This document shows, one piece after another, positions 1 through 11,510 of a stretch of 64,000 nucleotides of DNA (position 1 is its first letter; every line of letters starts with the position of its first letter). Both the position numbers and the translations under genes were made by a program. Origin of the DNA: Anaeromyxobacteraceae bacterium (GTDB taxonomy: Bacteria > Myxococcota > Myxococcia > Myxococcales > Anaeromyxobacteraceae). The notes under the pieces are model-generated. The model was not told the DNA's origin. It ran no database searches and saw only the letters and a program-made list of their open reading frames with translations. The stretch is from assembly GCA_032654565.1 (NCBI GenBank), contig JAULAX010000017.1, forward strand, positions 128,001 to 192,000, read 5' to 3'.

Positions 1-120
1 TTCCTGCTCGATCGCGAGGGGAGGGTGGCCCGGGTCTTCGAAGGCGCGCTCGACCGGCGCGAGCTGGAGGCGGCGGCGGCGCCGCTGCTGGCCCCGGGCT
101 GCCGAGGGGCCGTCCGGTGA
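1..120 (+). CDS. C-terminal fragment of a probable TlpA/redoxin-family protein (runs off the window start)
   Basis: Frame 1 reads FLLDREGRVARVFEGALDRRELE..., typical of the end of thioredoxin-like TlpA proteins; TGA overlaps the next GTG. Confidence 0.5.
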   Translation, partial: FLLDREGRVARVFEGALDRRELEAAAAPLLAPGCRGAVR

Positions 121-317
121 GCCGGCGCTGCCCGTCCTGCCGCCAGCCGGTCGGCGACCGGGGCGTCAACCCGGCCTTCCCCTTCTGCTCGGGGCGGTGC
201 CGGCTGATCGACCTGGGCAGGTGGTTCGACGGCCAGTACCGCGTCCCGGGCGAGCGCGCCGGCGACGGCGAGCCTGGCCCCGGCGGCGGCGGGGGCGATC
301 CCCCGGAGGGGCACTGA
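117..317 (+). CDS. yacG: DNA gyrase inhibitor YacG (zinc finger)
   Basis: CPSC...FPFCSGRCRLIDLGRW motif. Confidence 0.9.
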   Translation: MSRRCPSCRQPVGDRGVNPAFPFCSGRCRLIDLGRWFDGQYRVPGERAGDGEPGPGGGGGDPPEGH

Positions 318-352
318 TCCGGCGCCCTGATCCGGCGCCCTGATTCGGCGCC
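314..352. repeat. 3 x 13-bp tandem repeat (CTGATCCGGCGCC)
   Basis: Copies at 314, 327 and 340; the first contains the yacG stop codon. Confidence 0.85.
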
Positions 353-382
353 CCGCCCCCGTTATGGTATGAGCCCGCCGCG

Positions 383-1123
383 ATGGGCTTCGTCGATCTC
401 CACTGCCACCTCCTCTGGGCCCTCGACGACGGCGTCGAGACGCCGGAGGAGGCCGTGGCCGCCGCCCGGCTGCTGACCTCGCTGGGGTTCACCGACGCCG
501 CCCCCAGCCCCCACGCCCACCCCGACATGCCCTCCCGCGACGCCGCGCTCTGCGACGCCCGCCGGGGCGAGCTGGCGGCGCTGCTGGCCGCGGAGCAGGT
601 GCCCCTGCGGCTGCACCAGAACGCCGAGAACAAGCTGGACCACACCTTCCTGGAGCGGCTCGACCTGGCCGGACGGCGCGGCATCGGCGCGAGCCAGCGC
701 TGGGTGCTGGTGGAGCTGCCCTTCCGCGGGGCCGTGCCGGCGCTCCCGGAGCTGGTCTTCCGCCTGCGCCGCCGCGACGTGATCCCGCTCTTCGCCCACC
801 CGGAGCGCTGCCAGGAGTTCGAGCGGCCGGGCCGGGCCGCCGAGGTGGTGCGGCTGGGGGGCGGGCTGCAGCTCAACGTCGGGGCGCTGACCGGGCTCTA
901 CGGGCTGACCTCCCGCAAGCTGGCCGAGTCGTTCCTCGACGAGGGGCTCTACGCGGTGGCCGCCACCGACCTGCACCGGCCCGACGGCGCCGAGGAGTGG
1001 GTGCCGGAGGCCATGGAGGCGCTGGAGCAGCGCGGCGGCGACGGCACGCTGGAGCGGCTCTTCGCCACCAACCCCCGCCGCGTCCTGGCCGGGGAGGAGC
1101 TGGTCGGCGGGGAGGGCGGGTGA
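383..1123 (+). CDS. CpsB/CapC-type PHP-family protein-tyrosine phosphatase
   Basis: VDLHCHLL..LDDG, SPH, AHPER and TDLH metal-binding motifs. Confidence 0.9.
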   Translation: MGFVDLHCHLLWALDDGVETPEEAVAAARLLTSLGFTDAAPSPHAHPDMPSRDAALCDARRGELAALLAAEQVPLRLHQNAENKLDHTFLERLDLAGRRGIGASQRWVLVELPFRGAVPALPELVFRLRRRDVIPLFAHPERCQEFERPGRAAEVVRLGGGLQLNVGALTGLYGLTSRKLAESFLDEGLYAVAATDLHRPDGAEEWVPEAMEALEQRGGDGTLERLFATNPRRVLAGEELVGGEGG

Positions 1124-2214
1124 AGCGCGCCGTCCAGTCGCTGCTGGGGATCGGCGTCTCGGTGGTCGCCGTCTACCTCACCTTCCGCGGCAAGGACCTC
1201 GGCGCCATCTGGCTGGCGGTGCAGGCCGGCGACTACCGCTACCTGCCGGTCTACCTGGCCACGCTGCTGGTCATCCACCTGCTGCGCACCGTCCGCTGGG
1301 GCCTCCTGCTGGAGCCGGTGGCCGACATCCCCTTCGCCCGGCTCAACGCGGCCTCGGCGGTCGGCTTCACGGCCCTGCTGGTGCTCCCCTTCCGGCTCGG
1401 CGAGTTCGCCCGGCCCTACCTGATCGCCGAGCGGCCGCGGCTGCGCGTCTCCACCGCCCTCTCCACGGTGGTGGTGGAGCGGGTGGCCGACGGCATCTTC
1501 ACCGCCATGCTGCTGCTGGTGACGCTCTTCGCGGTGCCGGAGGGGACGCCCCGCCTCGCCGAGATCCGCAAGGCCGGCGTCGTCATGGCGGCCCTCTTCG
1601 GCGGGCTGCTCACCTTCCTGGTGGTGGCCTACCGGAGCCGGGAGCTGGCGGTCCGCTTCGTGACCCGGCTGCTCCACCCCGTCTCGCCGCGCCTGGCGGA
1701 GCGGGCCGGCGGCATGCTCGACGCCTTCATCCGCGGCCTGCGGCTGGTGCCCGGAAGGCGCAAGCTGGGGCTCTTCCTGCTCCTCACCGCCGCCTACTGG
1801 GCGCTCAACGGCTGGGGGATGCAGCTGATGGCCCGGGCCTTCGCCATCGACATCCAGCTGGTCGACGCCTACACCATCCTCGGCGTGCTGGTGGCCGGCA
1901 TCATGATCCCGGCCGGGCCGGGCATGGTGGGCACCTTCCAGCTGGCGGCGGTCTTCGGCCTCTCGCTCTTCGTCCCCGAGGCGGTGGCCCACACCCGCGG
2001 CGTGGCCTGGGCCAACGTGCTCTGGGCCTCCCAGGTCGGCTTCCAGCTGCTGCTCGGCGCCATCTTCGTCTTCTCGCCGCACATCCAGGTGGCGCGCATC
2101 TTCACCTCGCCGGAGGGCACCGCCGATGCGCTCGCCGTCGAGGAGGCGGAGGCGATCGACCAGGAGCGGCGGGCCGGTCCCCCGGGCGGCCAGCCGCCGC
2201 CCGCGGGCGCTTGA
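1120..2214 (+). CDS. Lysylphosphatidylglycerol synthase TM-domain (flippase-like) membrane protein
   Basis: GTG overlapping the upstream stop; RW..LL, LPFRLGEFARP and VVERVAD motifs; many TM segments. Confidence 0.8.
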   Translation: MKRAVQSLLGIGVSVVAVYLTFRGKDLGAIWLAVQAGDYRYLPVYLATLLVIHLLRTVRWGLLLEPVADIPFARLNAASAVGFTALLVLPFRLGEFARPYLIAERPRLRVSTALSTVVVERVADGIFTAMLLLVTLFAVPEGTPRLAEIRKAGVVMAALFGGLLTFLVVAYRSRELAVRFVTRLLHPVSPRLAERAGGMLDAFIRGLRLVPGRRKLGLFLLLTAAYWALNGWGMQLMARAFAIDIQLVDAYTILGVLVAGIMIPAGPGMVGTFQLAAVFGLSLFVPEAVAHTRGVAWANVLWASQVGFQLLLGAIFVFSPHIQVARIFTSPEGTADALAVEEAEAIDQERRAGPPGGQPPPAGA

Positions 2215-2240
2215 CGGCGTCGGGGCCGAGGCCCTATAAC
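2211..2240 (+). promoter_or_regulatory. Putative sigma70 promoter of tRNA-Met
   Basis: TTGACG-18 nt-TATAAC upstream of the tRNA. Confidence 0.55.
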
Positions 2241-2277
2241 CCCGCGTCCTTGCGGCGGTTGCTCGCCGGGAGACTTC

Positions 2278-2354
2278 GGTGAGGTAGCTCAGTCGGCTAG
2301 AGCGGGGGTCTCATAATCCCCAGGTCGGGAGTTCGATTCTCCCCCTCATCACCA
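2278..2354 (+). tRNA. tRNA with CAT anticodon, probably elongator tRNA-Met
   Basis: Acceptor stem GGTGAGG/CCTCATC, loop CTCATAA, T-loop TTCGATT, encoded CCA; the paired 1-72 position argues against an initiator tRNA; Ile2 not fully excluded. Confidence 0.92.
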
Positions 2355-2374
2355 GACACGCAGCCTCGAAGTGA

Positions 2375-2414
2375 GACGGCCCGCCGACCTCCTGGTCAGC
2401 GGGCCGTTGCTTGT
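2375..2414 (+). terminator. Hairpin, probable terminator after tRNA-Met
   Basis: GACGGCCCGCCGACC-tcct-GGTCAGCGGGCCGTT followed by a weak T-rich tail. Confidence 0.5.
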
Positions 2415-2477
2415 CGGCGGCCGGCTTGGTGCGGGAGCTCCCGGGTCCGGTAGACTGGCCCCGGCCCCGGAATCCCC

Positions 2478-3236
2478 ATGCCCCGCCTCGCCTCGCTCGC
2501 CCTCGCGCTCCTGCTCGTCGCCCCGGCCCCGGCGCACACCACCGTCGTGGTCGCCGCCGCCGCCAACCTCAAGGCGGCCGCGGTCGAGCTGAAGCAGGCC
2601 TTCGAGGCGGTGAGGCCGGACGTCGAGGTGGCGCTCACCTTCGGGGCCTCGGGGACGCTCTTCGCCCAGGCCCAGAACGGCGCCCCCTTCGACCTCTTCC
2701 TCTCGGCCGACCGCGAGCTCCCCGCCCGGCTCATCGCGGCCGGGCTCGCCAGCGCCGCCGACGAGCGGACCTACGGCTTCGGGCAGCTGGTGGCCTGGCT
2801 GCCGCCCGGCTCGACCATCGACCTGGAGCACCGGGGGCTCGCGGCGCTGGCCTCGCCGGAGGTGAAGCGGGTCGCCATCGCCAACCCGGCCGTGGCACCG
2901 TTCGGGCGCGTCGCCATGACCGCGCTGGAGCGGGCCGGGGTGGCCGCGGCGGTGAAGGAGAAGCTGGTGCTCGGCACCAGCGTGGCGCAGGCGGCGCAGT
3001 TCGCCTCGGCCGGGGCCGCCGACGTGGCCCTGCTTCCCCGCTCGCTCACCCTCGGCCCCGGGCTGCGGGAGGGGCGGGTGGTGCCTGTCCCCGCGTCGCT
3101 CGCCCCACCGCTCGCCCAGTCCGGGCTGGTCCTCGCCGGCGCCCGGGAGCCGATGCTGGCGCGCGCCTTCCTCGACTTCCTCACCGGGGAGAAGGGGCGG
3201 GCCATCCTCTCCAGGTACGGCTACGCTCCGCCTTGA
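2478..3236 (+). CDS. modA: Molybdate ABC transporter substrate-binding protein
   Basis: Signal peptide, AAAANL, FGASGTL..Q..NGAPFDLFLSAD, IANP..APFG. Confidence 0.95.
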   Translation: MPRLASLALALLLVAPAPAHTTVVVAAAANLKAAAVELKQAFEAVRPDVEVALTFGASGTLFAQAQNGAPFDLFLSADRELPARLIAAGLASAADERTYGFGQLVAWLPPGSTIDLEHRGLAALASPEVKRVAIANPAVAPFGRVAMTALERAGVAAAVKEKLVLGTSVAQAAQFASAGAADVALLPRSLTLGPGLREGRVVPVPASLAPPLAQSGLVLAGAREPMLARAFLDFLTGEKGRAILSRYGYAPP

Positions 3237-3238
3237 GA

Positions 3239-3913
3239 ATGGACACCGACGCCCTCACCCTCTCGATCGAGCTGGCCAGCCTCACCACGGTCATCCTGCT
3301 GGCGCTCGGGCTGCCGCTGGCCTGGTGGCTGGTGACCAGCCGCTGGCGCGGGAAGTTCCTGGTGGAGGCGGTGGTGGCGCTCCCGCTGGTGCTGCCGCCC
3401 ACGGTGCTGGGCTTCTACCTGCTGGTCGGCCTCGGCCCGCGCAGCCCGGCCGGCCAGCTCTTCGCGGCGGTGGCCGGCCACCCGTTCCCGTTCTCCTTCG
3501 CCGGCCTGCTGCTGGCCTCGGTGCTCTACAGCCTGCCCTTCGCGGTGCAGCCCTTCGCCGGGGCCCTGGCCGGCGTCGATCCCCGGCTGGTCGAGGCCTC
3601 GCACACCCTGGGCGTCTCCCGCCTGGCCACCTTCTTCCGGATCACCCTCCCGCTGGCCTGGCCGGGGGTGCTGGCCGGCGCGGTGCTGACCTTCGCCCAC
3701 ACCCTGGGCGAGTTCGGCGTGGTGCTGATGGTGGGGGGCAACATCCCCGGCCGGACCCGCACCCTCTCGGTGGCCATCTTCGACCACGTCGAGGCGCTCG
3801 AGTACGCCGAGGCGCACCGGACCGCGGGGCTGCTGCTGGCCGTCTCCTTCGCCGTCCTGGCCCTGGTCTACGCGCTGCAGCGCCGGAGGGTCCTCCAGTG
3901 GAACGGTCGCTGA
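3239..3913 (+). CDS. modB: Molybdate ABC transporter permease
   Basis: LPLVLPPTVLGFYLL and HTLGEFG motifs; ATG at 3239. Confidence 0.95.
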   Translation: MDTDALTLSIELASLTTVILLALGLPLAWWLVTSRWRGKFLVEAVVALPLVLPPTVLGFYLLVGLGPRSPAGQLFAAVAGHPFPFSFAGLLLASVLYSLPFAVQPFAGALAGVDPRLVEASHTLGVSRLATFFRITLPLAWPGVLAGAVLTFAHTLGEFGVVLMVGGNIPGRTRTLSVAIFDHVEALEYAEAHRTAGLLLAVSFAVLALVYALQRRRVLQWNGR

Positions 3914-4998
3914 GCTTCGAGATCGTCCGCCGCTTCGCGGCCGGTCCGGGGGTGGCCGCCCGGGGCCGGTGGCCGCTCCACGGGGCGCCGGTCACCGTCC
4001 TCTTCGGCCCCTCGGGCTCGGGCAAGACCACCGTGCTGCGGGCCCTGGCCGGGCTCGACCGCCCGGACGCCGGGGCCATCAGCTTCGGCGGCGAGACCTG
4101 GTTCGACGCGGTCCGGTCGATCGATCTCCCGCCCCAGGCCCGCGGCGTCGGCCTGCTCTTCCAGGAGTACGCGCTCTTCCCCCACCTCTCGGTGGCCGCC
4201 AACGTGGGCTACGGGCTGCACCGGCTCTCCCGGCCGGCGCGGGAGGCCAGGGTGTCCGAGCTGGCGACGACCTTCGGCCTCTCCGAGCTGCTGCGCCGCC
4301 GCCCCTCCGAGCTCTCCGGCGGACAGCGGCAGCGGGTGGCGCTGGCCCGGGCCCTGGCGCCGCGGCCGCGGCTGCTCCTCCTCGACGAGCCGCTCTCCGC
4401 CCTCGACGCCCCGACCCGCGAGGCGCTGCGCGGCGAGCTGCGCCACCTGCTGGAGCAGGCGGGCGTGCCGGCCATCGTGGTCACGCATGACCGCGTCGAG
4501 GCCCTGGCGCTCGGCGACCGGCTGGCGGTGCTGGTGGACGGCACCATCCGGCAGGTGGGTCCGGTCCACGAGGTCATCTCCGGGCCGGCCGACGTCGAGG
4601 TGGCGCGCGCGGTGGGCACCGAGAACGTCCTACCGGCGAGGCTGGCGCGGCGCGAGGAGGGATTGGTGGTGCTGCGGGCCAGCGGGTCCGGCGAGGTCGA
4701 GCTGGTGGCGGTCGACCCCGGCGGCCTCGAGGAGGAGGCCTACGCCTGCTTCCGCGCCGAGGAGGTGGTGCTCGAGCCGGGCGACGGCCACGCCTCGTCG
4801 GCCAGGAACCGGCTGGCCGGGGTGGTGGCGTCGCGCCGGGACGAGGGGCCGCTGGCCCGGATCACGGTGGACTGCGGGGTGATGGTGGTGGCGCTGGTCA
4901 CCCGGTCCAGCGCCGACCGGCTCGGGCTGGCGGCGGGGTCGGCGGTGGTGGCCGTGATCAAGGCGCCCTCGGTCCGGATCGTCCCGCGCCGGGCCTGA
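3898..4998 (+). CDS. modC: Molybdate ABC transporter ATPase with TOBE domains
   Basis: GPSGSGKTT, LSGGQ, LLLDEP, C-terminal TOBE; GTG start overlapping modB. Confidence 0.93.
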   Translation: MERSLSFEIVRRFAAGPGVAARGRWPLHGAPVTVLFGPSGSGKTTVLRALAGLDRPDAGAISFGGETWFDAVRSIDLPPQARGVGLLFQEYALFPHLSVAANVGYGLHRLSRPAREARVSELATTFGLSELLRRRPSELSGGQRQRVALARALAPRPRLLLLDEPLSALDAPTREALRGELRHLLEQAGVPAIVVTHDRVEALALGDRLAVLVDGTIRQVGPVHEVISGPADVEVARAVGTENVLPARLARREEGLVVLRASGSGEVELVAVDPGGLEEEAYACFRAEEVVLEPGDGHASSARNRLAGVVASRRDEGPLARITVDCGVMVVALVTRSSADRLGLAAGSAVVAVIKAPSVRIVPRRA

Positions 4999-5173
4999 CG
5001 ACGCCACGCAGCCGGGCCCGGCCAGGTGGTGGGACCGGCGGCCTGGCCGCGACGGGCGCGGCGGCGGCCGTTGACGCTGCACGTCATGCCAGGCCGGCCT
5101 CCTCGGGCGGCCGCGGTATCGCCCCCGAGCCTTCCCCCTTCCGTTTTCGCCCCCGAGCGGCTACTGGATCCGC

Positions 5174-6856
<1,683 letters not shown>

Positions 6857-6889
6857 GCCCCGGCCCGGCGGCGAGGGGCGGGCGGGCGC

Positions 6890-7633
6890 GTGGGAGACTG
6901 GACCGACGGCTACTACGGCAGCGAGCTCTACCTCGCCACCGCCGCGCACCTGCTGACCCCCGCGCTCACCTCCGTCGAGGCCGACCGGCTGGTGGCGCTG
7001 CTCGGGCTGACGCCGCGCCACCGGGTGCTCGACCTCGGCTGCGGCCACGGCCGCCACGCCCGGGCGCTGGCGGGGCGGGTGGGGTGGTGCTGCGGGCTGG
7101 AGCGCTGGCCGGAGCCGCTGCGCCGCGCCGGGCCGCCGCCGGCGGGGGTGGCCTGGCTGCGCGCCGACCTGCGGGCTGTGCCGTTCCGTGAAGCCTGCTT
7201 CGACGCCGCCTTCAGCTGGTACGCCTCGCTCTTCATGTGGGACGACGCCGCCAACGAGGGGGCGCTGGCGGCGGCGGGCAGGCTGCTGCGGCGCGGCGGC
7301 CGGCTGCTGGTCCACCACGCCAACCCGCTGGCGCTGGCGCTGGAGCCACAGGCCACCGCCGCCTGCACGCTGGCGGATGGCCGGCGGGTGGAGGAGAGCT
7401 CCCGCTTCGACCCGGCCACCGGCGTGGACCGGTGCGCTCGACGATTGGTGCGACCGGACGGAAGCCTTCTGGAAGGGACCGCCCAATTGCGGTACTACAG
7501 TCCAGCGGAGTGGGAGCCCCTCGCCAGGCGCGCGGGACTCCGCCTCGCGGCCGTGACCAGCACCACCCCGCCCCCTGGCGGCCGGCTCGGACCCGAAGCG
7601 CCGGACCTCATCGCCTTGCTGGAGAAGACATGA
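6890..7633 (+). CDS. Class I SAM-dependent methyltransferase
   Basis: [11 protein letters not shown] motif I. Confidence 0.85.
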   Translation: MGDWTDGYYGSELYLATAAHLLTPALTSVEADRLVALLGLTPRHRVLDLGCGHGRHARALAGRVGWCCGLERWPEPLRRAGPPPAGVAWLRADLRAVPFREACFDAAFSWYASLFMWDDAANEGALAAAGRLLRRGGRLLVHHANPLALALEPQATAACTLADGRRVEESSRFDPATGVDRCARRLVRPDGSLLEGTAQLRYYSPAEWEPLARRAGLRLAAVTSTTPPPGGRLGPEAPDLIALLEKT

Positions 7634-8049
7634 GCACCGTGAACCGTCAGCTCCGCATCCTCGTCGCCAAGCCCGGCCTGGACGGCCACGACCGCGGCGC
7701 CAAGATCATCGCTCGGGCGCTCCGCGACGCCGGCTTCGAGGTCATCTACACCGGCCTGCACCAGACGCCGGAGATGATCGTGGCCACCGCCATCCAGGAG
7801 GACGTCGACGCCGTCGGCCTCTCCATCCTCTCCGGCGCCCACATGACCATCTTCCCGGCGGTCATCGAGCTGCTGGCGGCGCAGAAGGCGGCCGACATCA
7901 AGGTCTTCGGCGGCGGCATCATCCCCCAGGACGACGTGCCCAAGCTGAAGGCCAAGGGGGTGGCCGAGCTCTTCCTGCCGGGGACCTCGACGCAGACCAC
8001 CGTCGAGTGGATCCGCGCCAACGTGAAGCCACGAGGGGCGGCTGCGTAG
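7630..8049 (+). CDS. icmB: Cobalamin-binding small subunit of the acyl-CoA mutase
   Basis: [10 protein letters not shown] (DxHxxG), GLSILSGAH and GGIIP; ATG overlaps the upstream stop. Confidence 0.85.
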   Translation: MSTVNRQLRILVAKPGLDGHDRGAKIIARALRDAGFEVIYTGLHQTPEMIVATAIQEDVDAVGLSILSGAHMTIFPAVIELLAAQKAADIKVFGGGIIPQDDVPKLKAKGVAELFLPGTSTQTTVEWIRANVKPRGAAA

Positions 8050-8050
8050 C

Positions 8051-8321
8051 TGGCACGCCCTCTGGGCGTGCCGTCTGTGGCGTTGAGAGGGTCTAGCCCA
8101 ATTGGCGCGTCCCGCAGGGCGCGCCGCAGGTGGTGTTCAGAGGGTCCAGCCCATTTGGCGCATCCCGCAGGGTGCGCCGCAGGTGGTGTTCAAAGGGTCC
8201 AGCCCGACTGGCGCGTCCCGCAGGGCGCGCCGCAGGTGGTGTTCAAAGGGTCCAGCCCGACTGGCGCTTCTCGGAACCGCCGAGACACCACAAGCGGCGC
8301 GCCCTGCGGGACGCGCCAATT
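8051..8321. repeat. Array of ~53-bp hairpin-containing direct repeats plus one inverted copy (REP/BIME/REPIN-like)
   Basis: TGGC unit starts at 8051, 8103, 8156, 8209 and 8262; inverted copy at ~8282-8321. Confidence 0.9.
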
Positions 8322-9312
8322 AGCCCCCCGTCCCCACCATCGGCAGCAGGCTGGTCCCCGGGGCCCCCATCTCGTGCCGCTCGTGCTTGAGCGCCAGCGC
8401 CGCCCGGATGGCCTCGCCGATCTCCCGGTCCGGCGTCCCATCCCGCAGCAGCGCCTTCAACGACACCTGCTCACGCCCGCCCAGGCAGGCGCGCAGCGAG
8501 CCGTCGGCGGCGACCCGCACCCGGTTGCACCCCTCGCAGAAGTTCTCGGTCATGGCGCCGATGAAGCCGAGCAGCCCGCCCTCGGGCGGCGCCCCCTCGC
8601 CGTAGCCGCGCATGTGCGTGGCCGGCCCCCAGCCGCGGGTGGCGTCGGGCTCGAGCCGCAGCCCCTGCGCCACCAGCCGCTCCCGCACCTCGGCCAGCGG
8701 CACCGGCACCCCCTGTCCGAACGGCATCAGCTCGATGAACCGCACGATGGCCCCGTGGCTCCAGCCGAAGCGGGCCAGCGCCGCCAGCTCGCCGTCGTTG
8801 ACGCCGCGCATCACCACCACGTTGAGCTTCATGGAGAGGAAGCCGGCGGCGCGGGCGGCGGCGATGCCGGCGGTGATGCGGGGCAGCGAGGCGGCCCGCC
8901 CGGAGAGGGCCAGCAGCTTGCCGGGGTCGAGGGTGTCGAGCGAGATGTTGATGCGGGAGAGGCCGGCGGCCCGCAGCGGCCCGGCCAGCTCGGCCAGCGC
9001 CTGGCCGTTGCTGGTCAGCGCCACCTCCTCGATGCCCGGGGCGCCGGCCACGTCGCCGACGATCTCCACCAGGTCGCGGCGGAGCGTCGGCTCGCCGCCG
9101 GTGAGCCGCACCCGCCGCACCCCCAGCCCGGCGAAGATCCCGGTGAGCCGCCGCACCTCGGGGCGGGTCAGCGGGTCCTCGTGCTGCTCCATCGCCAGCG
9201 GCGAGCAGTAGCTGCAGCGGAAGTTGCAGCGGTCGGTCAGGGAGAGCCGCAGGTAGCTGATGATCCGCCCCTGGGCGTCCTGCAGCACCGGGGGCAGCGC
9301 CGGGGTCGGCAT
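8320..9312 (-). CDS. moaA: GTP 3',8-cyclase (radical SAM, molybdenum cofactor biosynthesis)
   Basis: YLRLSLTDRCNFRCSYC, GGEP, FCEGCNRVR...C, C-terminal GG. Confidence 0.95.
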   Translation of the reverse strand: MPTPALPPVLQDAQGRIISYLRLSLTDRCNFRCSYCSPLAMEQHEDPLTRPEVRRLTGIFAGLGVRRVRLTGGEPTLRRDLVEIVGDVAGAPGIEEVALTSNGQALAELAGPLRAAGLSRINISLDTLDPGKLLALSGRAASLPRITAGIAAARAAGFLSMKLNVVVMRGVNDGELAALARFGWSHGAIVRFIELMPFGQGVPVPLAEVRERLVAQGLRLEPDATRGWGPATHMRGYGEGAPPEGGLLGFIGAMTENFCEGCNRVRVAADGSLRACLGGREQVSLKALLRDGTPDREIGEAIRAALALKHERHEMGAPGTSLLPMVGTGG

Positions 9313-10397
9313 CAGATCGGCTGCTCGGTGGTGGGCCGGGCCAGCTCCTCCAGCTCGGGGGTGGTGATGGTCAGGAAGGGCTCGACGCAGGCCGGGTCGA
9401 ACTGGGTGCCGGAGCAGCGCTGCATCTCGGCCCGGGCCGCCTCGGGGGCCTGCTTCTTCCGGTAGGGGCGGTCGGAGGTGATGGCGTCGTAGGTGTCGGC
9501 GATGGCGAAGATGCGGGCGCCCAGCGGCACCGCCTCGCCGGCCAGGCCGCGCGGGTAGCCCTTGCCGTCGAAGCGCTCCTGGTGGGAGAGGACGATCTCG
9601 GCGGGCAGCCCGAGGAAGGGGATGGCCCGGAGGATGTCGTGGCCGATCTGCGGGTGGGTGCGCATCACCACCCACTCCTCCTCGGTGAGCTTGCCCGGCT
9701 TGGAGAGGATGGCGTCGGGGATGCCGATCTTGCCGATGTCGTGGAGCAGGGCGCCGCGGCCGATGGCCGGCAGCTCCTTCTCGGCGAGGCCGAGCCGCCG
9801 GGCGATGGCCAGGGTGTAGCGCACCACCCGCTGCGAGTGGTTGCTCACCTCGTGCTCGCGGGCGTCGAGCGCCGCCACCAGCGCCCACAGGGTGGTGGAG
9901 TAGGTGACCTCCAGGTCCTGCAGGGCCTGCTGCAGCTCGCCGGTGCGGTCGCGCACCCGCCGCTCCAGGCTGGTCCGGTAGCGCTGCCGCGCCTGCTCCA
10001 GCCGCCGCTTGGAGAGCGCCTGCTCGATGGCCCGGATCAGGTCGGTGACCTTGGGCGGCTTGAGCAGGTAGTCGGTGGCCCCCTTGTGCAGCGCCTCCAC
10101 CGCCGCCTCGGTGTCGCCGAAGGCGGTGAGCATGATGATGGCGGTGTCGGGGCGGGCCTCGTGGAGCCGGTCGCGCAGCCAGGCGCCGTCCTTGCCCGGC
10201 ATGCGCATGTCGCTGATGACCAGCGGGAACTCCTCGGCCCGCGCCAGGTCCAGCGCTGACTCGGCGTTGTCCACCGTGGTGGTCTCGTACCCCTCCTCGC
10301 GCAGGAGCAGGCCGATGGCGTTGCGCACTGCGGCGTCGTCGTCCACCACCAGGATGCGCACCGGCTCGCGGCTGGGGTCGATACGTGGATCGGTCAT
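9312..10397 (-). CDS. Response regulator with HD-GYP c-di-GMP phosphodiesterase domain
   Basis: REC domain (ILVVDD, SDMRMP, KP), HDIGKIG, HQERFDGKGYP, RPYR. Confidence 0.93.
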   Translation of the reverse strand: MTDPRIDPSREPVRILVVDDDAAVRNAIGLLLREEGYETTTVDNAESALDLARAEEFPLVISDMRMPGKDGAWLRDRLHEARPDTAIIMLTAFGDTEAAVEALHKGATDYLLKPPKVTDLIRAIEQALSKRRLEQARQRYRTSLERRVRDRTGELQQALQDLEVTYSTTLWALVAALDAREHEVSNHSQRVVRYTLAIARRLGLAEKELPAIGRGALLHDIGKIGIPDAILSKPGKLTEEEWVVMRTHPQIGHDILRAIPFLGLPAEIVLSHQERFDGKGYPRGLAGEAVPLGARIFAIADTYDAITSDRPYRKKQAPEAARAEMQRCSGTQFDPACVEPFLTITTPELEELARPTTEQPI

Positions 10398-10508
10398 TCG
10401 TCTCCCGCAGGTGCGCCCCGGGCGGGGCGCGGACGGTGGAACCACTATAACATCGGGACACGGCGCCTTGACCCGAAGGCTGGTCACGGATAAGTCGCCG
10501 CCAGCACC

Positions 10509-11510
10509 ATGTCCGGCACCACGCGCCCCACCTTGCCCGTCCTGGGCTCCGATCCCGAGCCAACCCCCCGGGGAGAGCTGGCCGCCGGCCTGCGGGCGGG
10601 GGGGCTGCCCATCCGGGCCCAGAAGCCCCGCTGGCTCAAGGTGCCGGTGCCGGGGGGGGAGCGCTACCAGCAGGTCAAGGCCACGCTCTCCAGGCTCCAG
10701 CTCCACACCGTCTGTGCCGAGGCCCACTGCCCCAACGTCGGCGAGTGCTGGGGGGGCGGGACCGCCACCGTCATGCTGATGGGCGACACCTGCACCCGCG
10801 GCTGCCGCTTCTGCCAGGTGAAGACCGCCGCCCGGCCGCCGGCGCTCGATCCCGACGAGCCGCGTCACCTGGCCGAGGCGGTGGCCGAGCTCGGCCTCGA
10901 CTACATCGTGGTCACCAGCGTCGACCGCGACGACCTGCCGGACGGCGGCGCCGCCCACTTCGCCGAGGCCATCCGGAGGCTCAAGGCCATCCCCGGGCTG
11001 CTGGTCGAGGTGCTCACCCCCGACTTCCAGGGCGACGCCGCGGCGGTGCGGACCGTGGGGCGGGCCGCCCCGGACGTCTTCGCCAACAACATCGAGACGG
11101 TGCGCCGGCTCTCGCCGGTGGTGCGCGACGACCGGGCCGGCTACCAGCAGACCCTCGACGTGCTGGCCCGCATGAAGGCGGAGTTCCCCGCGGTGGTGAC
11201 CAAGTCCTCGATCATGGTCGGCCTCGGCGAGACCGAGGCCGAGGTGGTGGAGACCATGCGCGACCTGCGGGCCCACGGCGTGGAGATCCTGACGCTGGGC
11301 CAGTACCTGCGGCCGAGCGCCTGGCACCTGCCGGTGGCCGAGTTCGTCACCCCGGAGCGGTTCGAGGCGCTGCGGCAGCAGGGGCTGGCGCTCGGCTTCC
11401 GCTACGTGGCCAGCGGGCCGCTGGTCCGCTCCTCCTACCGCGCCGCCGAGCTCTTCCTGCGCGGCGAGCTGGCGGCCCGGGCCGACCCCCGCGTCGCGGA
11501 GCCGGCGTGA
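10509..11510 (+). CDS. lipA: Lipoyl synthase
   Basis: [21 protein letters not shown] and RSSY motifs. Confidence 0.97.
   Translation: MSGTTRPTLPVLGSDPEPTPRGELAAGLRAGGLPIRAQKPRWLKVPVPGGERYQQVKATLSRLQLHTVCAEAHCPNVGECWGGGTATVMLMGDTCTRGCRFCQVKTAARPPALDPDEPRHLAEAVAELGLDYIVVTSVDRDDLPDGGAAHFAEAIRRLKAIPGLLVEVLTPDFQGDAAAVRTVGRAAPDVFANNIETVRRLSPVVRDDRAGYQQTLDVLARMKAEFPAVVTKSSIMVGLGETEAEVVETMRDLRAHGVEILTLGQYLRPSAWHLPVAEFVTPERFEALRQQGLALGFRYVASGPLVRSSYRAAELFLRGELAARADPRVAEPA

Noticed and set aside
2355..2477. Moco riboswitch or ModE box upstream of modA
   Set aside because: Only a terminator-like hairpin is visible; I could not recognise riboswitch or ModE consensus features by eye.
4999..5173. Cobalamin riboswitch upstream of the mutase
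   Set aside because: No B12-box or other conserved cobalamin riboswitch elements seen.
8051..8321. CRISPR array
   Set aside because: Units are contiguous ~53-bp repeats with no unique spacers, and there are no cas genes in the window.
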